From the NCBI GenBank assembly GCA_048940925.1, contig JBHLOC010000015.1, forward strand, positions 9,021 to 73,020: a stretch of 64,000 nt of DNA, written 5' to 3'. The position numbers and the translations under genes were made by a program. Of the stretch, positions 47,358-57,688 are shown one piece after another. Below the pieces are notes generated by a model. It saw nothing but the letters and a program-made list of their open reading frames with translations, ran no database searches and had not been told where the DNA came from. Position 1 is the stretch's first letter; every line of letters starts with the position of its first letter. Origin of the DNA: Promethearchaeota archaeon (GTDB lineage: Archaea; Asgardarchaeota; Lokiarchaeia; Sigyniarchaeales; SOKP01).

Positions 47358-48569
47358 TTGATTTTATCTAAAAGATCTGTTATCCTAATTTTATTATCGG
47401 CTTTATTTACTAATTCTTCTAGTATGATAATGGTAAGCTATGTGCCACCATTTTTTTTAAACTTAGGAATCAAGGCAGCAATAATTCAGTTAATAATAAC
47501 TGCCTTTTTTTCAACTATGTTTATTTTTCCCCCATTATTCGGAAAGATATCAGATAGGTTTCAAAAGAGGTTTATATTTATTTTAATAGGAACAATTGGT
47601 ATAATCTTTACATTGTTTTTAATGACCATTTCAAATAATTTAATATTTCTCATAATTGTTCTATTTTTTTATGGCATATTTGGTTCGACATTATCTATTA
47701 TTTCCACTTTATATGCTGAGTTAGTTGAGAATGATACTAAGTATATATCTTATCTTAATGCTGTAAATGTAGGGGGATTTTTCGTTGGAGGTTTATTCGG
47801 GGGAATGTTCATTGACATTTATGGAATTGAGAAGCTCTTCCTGTTTTCTTTTATTATTTCTTTAATTGGAGCAATTTTCATAGTTTTTATAAAAGAAAAC
47901 AGATCGATCATATTAGAAAGATATAATTTGAAAACTGAATTAAATAATAAGAGGATTTTAGAAACCAATGTTGAAATGGAAAATTGTATACCTAAAAGTA
48001 TCTATTATAGTTTATTTTTTAGGAATTTTGGCATTAAGCCCATTTTATTTACACTTGCGATCATAATGAGTTTTCATTTAAATAATAACACTCTAATAGG
48101 ATTTTTATTAGGTATAAACTTCTTTTTTCAAATTTTTCAAATGGTTTATATTGGAAGAATTTTAACTAAAAAAAACTATAAACTTTTTATTTTATTAGGA
48201 TATAGTTTTAGCACAATTGTTATTTTTATATACATTATTTCTATAGATTTTTGGGGTTTTTTATTATGTCAAATATTAGTTTCTTTTAGTTTTTCATTAC
48301 ATTGGATAACTATTATTACATATATTGCTCAAAATTCAACTCCTGAAAACAAAGGAAAATTAATAAGTTATGCTAGTTCAAGTTCCTTTGCAGGTAATGT
48401 TTTTGGAGGGCTATTGTTTAGCTTATTGCTATTCATCTTCAATTCAGATTATTATAGTGCAATGTATTTTATGATAATATTTCCTGCAATCTCTATAATA
48501 ATAATTTTGTTAAAATTTGAACCAAAACAAAGAATTCTCATGAATTCCAAAAATGATTTAGATTCTTAA
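47358..48569 (+). CDS. MFS transporter (tandem paralog)
   Basis: 12-TM pattern with GKISDRFQKR. Colinear with the upstream MFS gene. Confidence 0.85.
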   Translation: MILSKRSVILILLSALFTNSSSMIMVSYVPPFFLNLGIKAAIIQLIITAFFSTMFIFPPLFGKISDRFQKRFIFILIGTIGIIFTLFLMTISNNLIFLIIVLFFYGIFGSTLSIISTLYAELVENDTKYISYLNAVNVGGFFVGGLFGGMFIDIYGIEKLFLFSFIISLIGAIFIVFIKENRSIILERYNLKTELNNKRILETNVEMENCIPKSIYYSLFFRNFGIKPILFTLAIIMSFHLNNNTLIGFLLGINFFFQIFQMVYIGRILTKKNYKLFILLGYSFSTIVIFIYIISIDFWGFLLCQILVSFSFSLHWITIITYIAQNSTPENKGKLISYASSSSFAGNVFGGLLFSLLLFIFNSDYYSAMYFMIIFPAISIIIILLKFEPKQRILMNSKNDLDS

Positions 48570-50502
48570 ATATCGCATTCGGAATATCAGGGATTATTTC
48601 TAATTCTTTTCGTATCCACTTTGATATCCATTTCATTTTTGCTTTAAATCTACTGTCCATAAAAATTATTGCTCCTTTGTCATTTATCTTTCGAATTGGT
48701 CTTCCAGAAGCTTGGTTCGCTCTCTGAATTGCAGGATATAAATATGCAAAATTCCAACCTTGCCTATTAAATACTTTGTTATAATATTTTATTTTTGCCT
48801 CGACTCTAGGAGTTGGGAGATGATAAGGGAAACCTCCAATAATAACAGAATTCATAAAATCTCCTGGATAATCTTCTCCTTCTGAATTTCTCCCCCCGCA
48901 CACTCCTAATAAAACAGCTCCTCCATTAGATGCCATTTTTTTGAAATTATCAACTAATAAAGCATTTTCAGTGGCTGAAAAACCAGATTCTTCAACATAT
49001 ATTTTCTTTTTATTATTTTCTATTACAGTTTCTATACCATTCTTTAAAAGTCCTCTTAGAATTTGGTAAGAGGCACAAAAAATTCCAATATTTCCAGGTG
49101 TAATATTTAAAACTTCATTAATTTTATCAACCATTTTACAATACATATGAGGTGTTCTATTATCTCTTTTAGTATTTACACCTTCAGTTATAATAGCTTT
49201 AATATTTTTCTTGCTAAATGGCGATTCGGTTATGATTCCCTTGTAACTCTTACCACATTCATTTAATCCCATTAAATTATTATATACATATGGATTCACT
49301 GTTCCAGAGAGATGTAAACATGTATATCCCTTTCTCAAGATAGGAATTGTAATTTCTCTAGGATCTAAAGCTACTATTTCAAGTGAGATCGCTTTTTTCC
49401 CTTTGATTTCTTTACTATTGACACAGAAAAAATAATTTTCTGATAAATAAGTCTTCAACCATTTTAACCAAAATTCTGCAAGAGATCCTAAAAAATCTCT
49501 CGAGAAATTACCGCTTGCAAGTTTTTCCTCATGAATAGAGGTACTAAAAGAATGAAGATCGTCAATAAAATTCTTAAACTCGTTAAGATCATGAAATCCT
49601 AGCTTTCTAAAAATCGTTTTTAAAAATTTATCAGGCTTTATAGGTTTTTCTTGAGAAGTTAGAGTATCTTTTTTCTCATTTAAATAGTTTAATAATATTT
49701 TAACAAAACTTTGCATCGTTATAGGTGATCTATACATTTCTAGATCTTTCAAACATAATCTTAATAGATATGGAGTAATTTTTTTCGAATTTACTTCTGT
49801 TGCAACATCTATTACATTATGACATTCATCAATTACTAAAATACAGCTTTCTAATTCTTTACCAATAAATTCTAAAAAGGAATCACGAATAAATGGATTA
49901 AAAATCCATTGATAATTACAAATTATAACTCGCATTTTCTCAAGTAAGAATTTACTTAAAAAATAAGGACAAAATTTTTTTTCTTTACAGAAAATTATAA
50001 GTTCTTCAGCATCTATTGGTTTATTAAACAATTCTGGTGCAATTAATAAAGGATTTTCTATTTGTCCTTTTTTTTTTAACAAGTTTAAAAAATATATGCA
50101 ATTCTTATTTTTTCTTAAGTCTCTACAAATTGACATTGATTCTCTAGGAGTTGCTTTGAGAGATAGTAAAGTCTCATTTAGACACATTTCATTTCTACCT
50201 CTTATCGAAAGTCCATTAAGCCTAATCCCAAGATTTTCATCATTAATTTTTTTTGAGATTTTTATTAATTCTTTGATTATCCGCCGATTTTGAGAATGTG
50301 TTCGGCACATATATACAATTTTTAGATCTTTCTCAAAAGCTAATGGTAAAAGTCCACAAAGAGCAATAATTGTTTTTCCTGTTCCATTGGGAGCTGAAAG
50401 TAAAGTGATTTTCTTTGATCTTGAACTCAATTCAATCTGTTTAATAATCTCCTCTTGGTTTTCTCTGAATTGTCTATATGGAAAAATGGATAAATAATCT
50501 AT
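48538..50502 (-). CDS. xpd: XPD/Rad3-family Fe-S DNA helicase (probable ATA start)
   Basis: APNGTGKT, Fe-S cysteines, IDECH, SGT, SEGED and QASGRPIR. The Q-motif FPYRQFRENQ lies upstream of the ORF-track TTG, implying a start at ATA 50502. Confidence 0.9.
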   Translation of the reverse strand: MDYLSIFPYRQFRENQEEIIKQIELSSRSKKITLLSAPNGTGKTIIALCGLLPLAFEKDLKIVYMCRTHSQNRRIIKELIKISKKINDENLGIRLNGLSIRGRNEMCLNETLLSLKATPRESMSICRDLRKNKNCIYFLNLLKKKGQIENPLLIAPELFNKPIDAEELIIFCKEKKFCPYFLSKFLLEKMRVIICNYQWIFNPFIRDSFLEFIGKELESCILVIDECHNVIDVATEVNSKKITPYLLRLCLKDLEMYRSPITMQSFVKILLNYLNEKKDTLTSQEKPIKPDKFLKTIFRKLGFHDLNEFKNFIDDLHSFSTSIHEEKLASGNFSRDFLGSLAEFWLKWLKTYLSENYFFCVNSKEIKGKKAISLEIVALDPREITIPILRKGYTCLHLSGTVNPYVYNNLMGLNECGKSYKGIITESPFSKKNIKAIITEGVNTKRDNRTPHMYCKMVDKINEVLNITPGNIGIFCASYQILRGLLKNGIETVIENNKKKIYVEESGFSATENALLVDNFKKMASNGGAVLLGVCGGRNSEGEDYPGDFMNSVIIGGFPYHLPTPRVEAKIKYYNKVFNRQGWNFAYLYPAIQRANQASGRPIRKINDKGAIIFMDSRFKAKMKWISKWIRKELEIIPDIPNAIFKNLNHFWNS

Positions 50503-50600
50503 AGTTGTACACCAGTTTCTTATCTATAGAGTAGATACTATTTTAAGTTTTATATTTCCATAGACTATAAAAATTTATTTATTAAGTGTTGTTACCTAAA

Positions 50601-52037
50601 TTAGTCATGTAAAATTGGTTTTCTAGCAGCAAGAACAGCATTTAAACGTTTAACAGGCATATTATGGGGTGCATTTTTTAAAAGTTCTGGATTGTTTTTT
50701 GCCTCTTCTTTTATTTTTTTCATAACATCAATAAAAAAATCTAGTGAGGTCTTTGACTCGGTCTCAGTAGGTTCAATCATTAAAGCTCCTTGGATCATTA
50801 ATGGAAAATAAATTGTTGGAGCATATATCCCATAATCTAAAATACGTTTAGCTATATCTTCTGTAGTGATATTATTTGGCATATTTTTATCTGATAATAT
50901 AAACTCATGTTGACAAATTCGGTTGTATGGAAGATAATAATTTTGTTGTAGCAAAACTCTTAAATAATTTGCATTTAAAACAGCAATCTGACCAACTTTT
51001 TTCAATCCCTTAGCTCCAAGAGATAAAATGTATGCATAGGCTCGTATAGTTACTCCAAAGTTGCCCCAAAATGCTCTAATTCTTCCAACTGATTTATCGC
51101 TACTTTTTCGACATATTAACCCTTCTTCTGTTGAAATAAAACAAGGTTCAGGAAGAAAATCGATTAACTTATTTACGACACCAATAGGTCCAGAACCTGG
51201 TCCTCCACCTCCATGTGGAGTAGAAAAAGTTTTATGTAGATTTAGATGAACAATATCAAATCCCATATCCTTTGGGCGACATATTCCTAACATTGGATTT
51301 AGATTTGCCCCGTCATAATAACATAATCCTCCATTATCATGTACAATTCTAGTAATCTCCTTTATTTGTCTATCAAAAACTCCTAAAGTATTAGGATTAG
51401 TAAGCATAATTCCTGCAACATTGCCTTCTTGCATAGCAAATTCCAATTGATCTAATGGAACCTCTCCATTTTCATTTGACTTTAATTCTATAATTGAAAA
51501 TCCTGCCATTTTTGCTGATGCTGGATTAGTGCCATGTGCAGAATCAGGAATAATTATTTTATCTTTTTTTAGATTTTTAATCTCAAAATATTTTTTTATA
51601 ATTAATAATCCTACTAATTCTCCATGAGCTCCTGCTGCCGGTTGTAAAGTGAAACCATCCATTCCTGTTATTTCTGCTAACATTACTGATAAACTATACA
51701 TTATTTCCAAGGCACCTTGATTACTTTCTTGTAAGGGATGGATTTGGGAAAACCCTGGTAAACGGGCAACAATTTCGTTAATTTTAGGATTATATTTCAT
51801 AGTACATGATCCTAAGGGATAAATTCCTGTATCAATACCATAATTTTTTTGGCTTAATTTGATGAAATGACGAACAATTTCAACTTCTGGAACATTAGGA
51901 ATAGGAATTTCTTTCCGTTGAAGTGTTTTTGGAATAATTTCTTCAAGTTTAACGGTTTTAACATCCATATGGGGTATAAAATTGCTATGTTCACTCTCAT
52001 TTCCTTTTTCAAAAATTGATGATGGTTGTGTCTTTAT
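50601..52037 (-). CDS. gcvPB: Glycine dehydrogenase (decarboxylating) subunit 2 (probable ATA start)
   Basis: YPLGSCTMKYNPK, AHGTNPASA and NLHKTFSTPHGGGGPG. An N-terminal IFEK motif lies upstream of the ORF-track ATG at 51968. Confidence 0.95.
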   Translation of the reverse strand: MKTQPSSIFEKGNESEHSNFIPHMDVKTVKLEEIIPKTLQRKEIPIPNVPEVEIVRHFIKLSQKNYGIDTGIYPLGSCTMKYNPKINEIVARLPGFSQIHPLQESNQGALEIMYSLSVMLAEITGMDGFTLQPAAGAHGELVGLLIIKKYFEIKNLKKDKIIIPDSAHGTNPASAKMAGFSIIELKSNENGEVPLDQLEFAMQEGNVAGIMLTNPNTLGVFDRQIKEITRIVHDNGGLCYYDGANLNPMLGICRPKDMGFDIVHLNLHKTFSTPHGGGGPGSGPIGVVNKLIDFLPEPCFISTEEGLICRKSSDKSVGRIRAFWGNFGVTIRAYAYILSLGAKGLKKVGQIAVLNANYLRVLLQQNYYLPYNRICQHEFILSDKNMPNNITTEDIAKRILDYGIYAPTIYFPLMIQGALMIEPTETESKTSLDFFIDVMKKIKEEAKNNPELLKNAPHNMPVKRLNAVLAARKPILHD

Positions 52038-53380
52038 AATTTTTCACCTTCCACATTATTATTTAAAGCTATTTTAGCTGCTTTTAAGAAATTATCTATA
52101 GATTCTTTTGAATTCATTTCAGTGACACAAACTAATGCAACATTTTTCATCTCAGGGTAATATGTTGTTATTTTCAGAGGAGGAAGTAAATTCATCTCAA
52201 TACAATTCTTTATTAACGCATCTATATTAGGACTGCGGACAATAAATTCGTTATATGTGGGTTTGATATTTAAAATTTCATAACCTGAAATTTTGTTAAG
52301 TTCCTTTTTAATATAATTTGATTTTTGAATATTTTGAATTGCGATTTTTTGAAGCCCGGTTCTACCTAATGCAATAAGGTATGTTAATGCTGCTAATGAA
52401 CATAAAGCTTGATTAGTGCAGATGTTTGAAGATGCTTTCTCTCGTCGAATGTGTTGTTCACGAGCTTGTAATGTTAAAATAAATCCTTCTTTTTCTCCAT
52501 TAATTTCTTTAGTTTTTCCTATCAGCCTTCCAGGTATTTTTCTTAAAAACTTCTGCCTTGTAGTGAAGATCCCTAAACTTGGGCCACCAAAAGAGCGATT
52601 TAATCCAAAGGATTGCCCTTCTGCTACAAAAATATCTACATTTGTCTCACCTGGAGGTTTTAAAATTCCTAGACATGTAGGATCAGTCATAACTTGAATT
52701 AACAAACAATTAGGAAATTTTTGTTTTACGTTATTAGCGAACTGAGAAATATCATTTATATCTCCAAAAAAACTAGGATTTTGAAATAAAACTGCTGCAT
52801 CATCATTATCTAATTTATTTAATAGATTATCTTCTGTTGCTGTTTTTATTAAAATATCTTGACCCCAACAATAAGTTCTTACAACTTCTAAATACTCTGG
52901 ATGAATTCCTTCAAGTACAACTATAGATTTTTTATTAGTAATGATTGTAGCCATGATTGCTGCTTCAGCAAGAGCTGTAGATCCATCATACATGCTAGCA
53001 TTAACTACATCCATTTGAGTGAGTCGTGAAATTATTGTTTGATATTCATAAATAGCTTGTAAATATCCTTGACTCGCTTCAGCCTGATATGGTGTATATG
53101 AGGTATAAAATTCAGATCTAGAAATAACAAAATCTACTAATGAAGGAATATAATGATAATAACATCCTGCTCCTAAAAAAGAACTTGAATATAATTTATT
53201 TTCACTCGAAATTTCTTCTAATTTACGTAGAAGATCTGGCTCTGAAAGAGGCGAAGGTAAACTTAATTTATTTAAATGCAAATCTTTTGGAATATCATGA
53301 AATAAATCTTCTATACTACTGACACCTATAGTTTTTAACATCTTTTGTATACTAATTTCATCATGAGGCACAAAATCCAT
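52034..53380 (-). CDS. gcvPA: Glycine dehydrogenase (decarboxylating) subunit 1
   Basis: FLGAGCY, YTPYQAEASQG, NASMYDG and REQHIRREKASSNICTNQ. Confidence 0.95.
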   Translation of the reverse strand: MDFVPHDEISIQKMLKTIGVSSIEDLFHDIPKDLHLNKLSLPSPLSEPDLLRKLEEISSENKLYSSSFLGAGCYYHYIPSLVDFVISRSEFYTSYTPYQAEASQGYLQAIYEYQTIISRLTQMDVVNASMYDGSTALAEAAIMATIITNKKSIVVLEGIHPEYLEVVRTYCWGQDILIKTATEDNLLNKLDNDDAAVLFQNPSFFGDINDISQFANNVKQKFPNCLLIQVMTDPTCLGILKPPGETNVDIFVAEGQSFGLNRSFGGPSLGIFTTRQKFLRKIPGRLIGKTKEINGEKEGFILTLQAREQHIRREKASSNICTNQALCSLAALTYLIALGRTGLQKIAIQNIQKSNYIKKELNKISGYEILNIKPTYNEFIVRSPNIDALIKNCIEMNLLPPLKITTYYPEMKNVALVCVTEMNSKESIDNFLKAAKIALNNNVEGEKL

Positions 53381-53440
53381 TCAAGACACCTCAATTTCTA
53401 AGAATATAAGTAGTTGTTTTAAAAATTAAGAAAAAAAACA

Positions 53441-53836
53441 TTACTGATCCTCTTTTTCGATCAATTCTTTATATTGCTCGAATGTTAGAAGATCTCCTTT
53501 CTCATCATTATGATTAATTTTTATTTTTATTATCCATCCATCTTTATATGGAGATTTATTTATTAATTCTGGACCATTGGTAAGGTTCTCATTGGTTTCA
53601 ATAATTTCTCCTGATAAAGGCATTAAAACATCACCTACAGCTTTTACAGACTCAATTTCTGCAACATTACTTCCCTTTTCAAACACCATGCCAACATCAG
53701 GGAGCTCAATGAAAACTATATCTCCTAGTTGGTGTTGTGCATAATCTGTAATTCCTACTGTGCCAAAGTTATTTTCGATTTTAATCCATTCGTGAGTAGA
53801 TGTATAATTAAAATCATTAGGAAGTTTATAATCCAT
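53441..53836 (-). CDS. gcvH: Glycine cleavage system H protein
   Basis: HEW, VGITDYAQ..LGD and lipoyl-Lys motif ESVKA. ATG 6 nt after GGTG. Confidence 0.95.
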   Translation of the reverse strand: MDYKLPNDFNYTSTHEWIKIENNFGTVGITDYAQHQLGDIVFIELPDVGMVFEKGSNVAEIESVKAVGDVLMPLSGEIIETNENLTNGPELINKSPYKDGWIIKIKINHNDEKGDLLTFEQYKELIEKEDQ

Positions 53837-53874
53837 AATTTTCACCTATTGTCTAAAACTTTAATTATTTATCA

Positions 53875-54972
53875 TTACACATTTCTATAAAAGGGTGTTT
53901 GTACAACAACTCCTCTTAAAAATTTGTTTCTAATTTCAACTTCTAATTTTGTACCAACTTCATTATATTGAGATTTTACAAGACCTAAACCAATTGTCTT
54001 TTTTAAGGTCGGTGAGTAGCCACCAGAAGTTATATACCCTATTTCGTTTCCATCTTTGAAAATTTTATAATTTTCTCTCATTATACCTTTATCTAGTAAG
54101 TTTAGCCCAACTAATGTTCTTTCTGTGCCTTCTGATTTCTGTGTCAATAAAACATCTTTTCCCATATAATCCAATCCTTCTTTTGGTTTTACTAACCAGT
54201 TAAGTCCGGCTTCAATAGGAGTAATTGAATCACTAATCTCATGACCATATAATGAATAACATGCCTCTAACCTTAATGAATCTCTAGCTCCTAACCCCGC
54301 AGGAGTTGCACTAATTTCTACCAACATATTCCAGATTTTTTTAGCATATTTATTTTCAAATGAAAGCTCAAAACCACGCTCTCCTGTATATCCTGTTCTA
54401 GCAATAAAAATAGGAATATCTTTCAACTTACAATGTGTAAAATAGAATCTATCTATCTTTGCTAAATCAACATCTACTAATGGTTGTAAGAGAGAATCGG
54501 TTTTTGGACCTTGAAAGGCTAATCTAGATCGTTCATTTGAAAGGTTTGATATCTTAACATCTTGATTTTTAATATGTGTATTTAACCATTTCAGATCTTT
54601 TTCAATATTAGCAGCGTTCACAATCATTCTAAAAAGATCTTCATTTTCCTCATAATAAACTAAATCATCAACAACTGTACCGTTCTCATAGCACATGCAA
54701 GAATATTGTCCTTTTAATAGCTCTAATAAATTCAAATCATTTATCATCATATATTGAAGGAAAGGGATTACATCATTTCCTTTCAAAATGAATTCTCCCA
54801 TATGGGAAATATCAAACACTCCAGCGTTAGTTCTAACTGCGTTATGCTCCTTAACGATACTCTCATATTGTACAGGCATATAAAAATTAGCAAACTCAAC
54901 CATCCTTGCGCCAAGTTTTACATGCTCCTCGTAAAATTGAGTTTTTTTTAAAATTTTGTGTTCACTGTTCAT
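53875..54972 (-). CDS. gcvT: Glycine cleavage system aminomethyltransferase T
   Basis: FDISHMG, RTGYTGE.GFE and GLGARDSLRLEA. Confidence 0.95.
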   Translation of the reverse strand: MNSEHKILKKTQFYEEHVKLGARMVEFANFYMPVQYESIVKEHNAVRTNAGVFDISHMGEFILKGNDVIPFLQYMMINDLNLLELLKGQYSCMCYENGTVVDDLVYYEENEDLFRMIVNAANIEKDLKWLNTHIKNQDVKISNLSNERSRLAFQGPKTDSLLQPLVDVDLAKIDRFYFTHCKLKDIPIFIARTGYTGERGFELSFENKYAKKIWNMLVEISATPAGLGARDSLRLEACYSLYGHEISDSITPIEAGLNWLVKPKEGLDYMGKDVLLTQKSEGTERTLVGLNLLDKGIMRENYKIFKDGNEIGYITSGGYSPTLKKTIGLGLVKSQYNEVGTKLEVEIRNKFLRGVVVQTPFYRNV

Positions 54973-55006
54973 TTTTACAACACTCTTTTAATAGTATTGA
55001 AGTGTA

Positions 55007-55030
55007 AATCATTAAAGTAAATTAATGATT
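55007..55030. promoter_or_regulatory. Inverted repeat upstream of the gcv operon (candidate operator)
   Basis: AATCATTAA-N6-TTAATGATT with perfect 9-bp arms, 35 nt upstream of the gcvT ATG. Confidence 0.35.
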
Positions 55031-55140
55031 AATTTAAATTTTTAGGATTAAAAGATATACCTCTTTATTTAAAATTAATAATGAACATTCAAAATCTATA
55101 ATCATAAAAGTTTAATTATTAAGCTTATTTTATAAAAAAA

Positions 55141-56046
55141 ATGAATGATGATAAAAATAATGAGAATTATTACTTATCTTTTATAGATATAATAAATGAG
55201 AGTCTAATACGTGACCTTATCTTATTTAGTTTTCTTTTCATTTTAATCCTTACTCAAATATGGGATAATATCTTTTTATTGTTATTTCCTTTAATTACAT
55301 TTTCATTTTCCTTATTTTTTAGAATAATTAACACAAATAAATGGAGAACTGAACTTGATGATAGCCCTATTATTTTTAATCCTTTAGGATTAGAAAAAAA
55401 ACATGCTAACCGATTATTCTTTTCAGCTTTAATTCAATTGCTCTTAGTTTTTTGGATAGGGAATGAATCCTTATATCAATCACATTTGATAATGGAATAC
55501 ATTCCTTACTTTACTATATTGTTCATTTTCTCATATACTTTCGGATTTTTTTGGATTTTTCTTGACTTTTGGAAATATTCTAAAATAGAAATAATTACTA
55601 GATCAAATATTCTTAAACCTTCTCAAGATATTGATAAAGGATTATCTCTTGATTTAAACGAAGTTATATCTTTCTTAAAATTAAAACAGTTCATCCTTAT
55701 TTCTATAGTTAATTTTTCATTATTTATTGTTTTAAATCTTATAAATTTGATATCTATGATCCTTATATTAAATGATTTCCCGATGAGATTAGAGCTTAAT
55801 TTACCAGGAACAAGAAGTCAAGGTTCAAATCCATTACCCTTACCCTTGAGTTTTTACGGTTTCCTTACGATTCCACCTATCGTAACAATAATTTTTATGT
55901 TTTTTAATTATAATTTTATTATAAATATTAATATAAAAAAATTAAAAGAGATTCTTGAGCCCCTACCAAAAACAATTCAAATAAAAGTTATTGAAAACCT
56001 TAAAAACCTAAATAAAAAAATAGAAGAACAGTTGAAAATTGAATAA
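55141..56046 (+). CDS. Hypothetical multi-pass membrane protein
   Basis: About 6 hydrophobic segments. Co-oriented directly upstream of a Rab-like GTPase. Confidence 0.65.
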   Translation: MNDDKNNENYYLSFIDIINESLIRDLILFSFLFILILTQIWDNIFLLLFPLITFSFSLFFRIINTNKWRTELDDSPIIFNPLGLEKKHANRLFFSALIQLLLVFWIGNESLYQSHLIMEYIPYFTILFIFSYTFGFFWIFLDFWKYSKIEIITRSNILKPSQDIDKGLSLDLNEVISFLKLKQFILISIVNFSLFIVLNLINLISMILILNDFPMRLELNLPGTRSQGSNPLPLPLSFYGFLTIPPIVTIIFMFFNYNFIININIKKLKEILEPLPKTIQIKVIENLKNLNKKIEEQLKIE

Positions 56047-56110
56047 AATTTAATTAAATCAAGGTCAATATTTATATTGATAGCATTTAGAATAAATTAG
56101 GATCTAGATT

Positions 56111-56644
56111 ATGGCTCAGCGCAAATTTTTATTCAAAGTTGTTGTTGTAGGCGATGGAGGAGTTGGTAAAAGCACTATGGTTCAAAGATTAACAACAGGT
56201 CAATTTATTCCACAAAAAATTACAATAGGTACAGATTTGGCTGTTGAGGAAATTCAAATTAATGATAAAATTACAGCACGGCTTCAAATATGGGATTTTG
56301 CGGGAGAACGACGTTTTAGATTATTTTTACCTAATTATTCTAGAGGCGCTACTGGTTGTCTATTATGTTATGATATAACCAGAAGAAATAGCTTTGAGAA
56401 CCTAATTGAATGGTACGATATTGTTAAAAATAATGCTGATAATCCTGTAATTATTTTAGTTGGAGAGAAACTTGATTTAGCAGATGTCAGAAGGACTGTT
56501 GATCATCACCAAGCCGAAGAGTTCAAAGAAACATATAATCTAGATTATTTTTTTGAAACATCTTCTAAAAGTGGTGAAAATAATAATACAATTTTTAAAA
56601 CGTTGACAAGCTCTATTTTGAGAAAAAGAGGATATTTAGATTGA
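56111..56644 (+). CDS. Rab-like small GTPase
   Basis: FKVVVVGDGGVGKS, TIGTD, RLQIWDFAGERRF, EKLD and ETSSK. Confidence 0.93.
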   Translation: MAQRKFLFKVVVVGDGGVGKSTMVQRLTTGQFIPQKITIGTDLAVEEIQINDKITARLQIWDFAGERRFRLFLPNYSRGATGCLLCYDITRRNSFENLIEWYDIVKNNADNPVIILVGEKLDLADVRRTVDHHQAEEFKETYNLDYFFETSSKSGENNNTIFKTLTSSILRKRGYLD

Positions 56645-56710
56645 TTTGAGATAGAAATTAATAGATTTAATTAAAAAAAATAATAATAAAAATATTACAT
56701 CTTATTTCAT

Positions 56711-57655
56711 TTACTCTTCAAGTAAATCCTTTAATTCATCAACGTTAAGATTAAGATACTTCGCTGTTACTAAATCTTTCCCAAGAAGAGTTATGAAATT
56801 TTTCTTTCTCTTTTTATTTAGAAATTTTTTCATTTCAGATAAATCAGGATTTGGATTAGTAATTTCAAGCAATTTCTTTTTTACTGCAGTATCAACAACT
56901 TTTTGCCCTACCTCTGTTCTAATTATAAGAAAGGCTTCTCCAGATCCCTTAGGAGTTCCCCATGGAGAATAAGAAATATCTGAAAATTCTCCAGAAAAGT
57001 CAGTACAGTACTTACATCCTGTCATACCACCTGAAGAACAGGCAAAGGCGATCTTAAGGCTTGTTCGCTCAGCACCAGTGTTAAAATCTGAAGTAAGAAT
57101 TTTAGCAAGACCCTGTAGATGACAAGGATTACCTATAATTCCAATATCACGTTTATAATCTTTATAAGCCTGTCCTATACCAGTAATTAATGGTCCTGCA
57201 TTATCCATTGTCTTCTTTGGTATGTATTTTTTGGCATCTTTAACATTATCAACTACGACTGGGAAAGCAACTGGAGGTTTTTTGCTTTGAGGTTCACTTA
57301 AAACCATATGCTTTACAATACCAGCATCAAAAGCAGCAACTACAAGATTATATAAAATATGATCTTTATTTTTTGATTTAACTTGAATTATATCATTGTA
57401 AACACCAACAGCTAAATCAACACGCATTTTACCGAATAATTTTTGTTCAATTTCAGATACATGTAAAAAGCTCCTTGGACAAGCATTATAACACAAACCT
57501 ACCGTTTCAGCACATTCATCTACAACATAAGCTTCTCCTGTTTCTCGGTTAAAATCCATATGTGGACAAAATGCATTGCAACTTCCACAATGAATACAAA
57601 GTCCTGCATATATTACCTCATTTTCGAGATCTTGACTTGATTTTTCAACTTTCAT
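56711..57655 (-). CDS. Coenzyme F420 hydrogenase/dehydrogenase beta-subunit (FrhB-like) with N-terminal ferredoxin
   Basis: CIHCGSCNAFCP, CYNACPR, GNPCH and GCKYCTDF..EFSDIS. Confidence 0.8.
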   Translation of the reverse strand: MKVEKSSQDLENEVIYAGLCIHCGSCNAFCPHMDFNRETGEAYVVDECAETVGLCYNACPRSFLHVSEIEQKLFGKMRVDLAVGVYNDIIQVKSKNKDHILYNLVVAAFDAGIVKHMVLSEPQSKKPPVAFPVVVDNVKDAKKYIPKKTMDNAGPLITGIGQAYKDYKRDIGIIGNPCHLQGLAKILTSDFNTGAERTSLKIAFACSSGGMTGCKYCTDFSGEFSDISYSPWGTPKGSGEAFLIIRTEVGQKVVDTAVKKKLLEITNPNPDLSEMKKFLNKKRKKNFITLLGKDLVTAKYLNLNVDELKDLLEE

Positions 57656-57688
57656 TTAGTTATAACACATACTTCATTATTTTTATGT

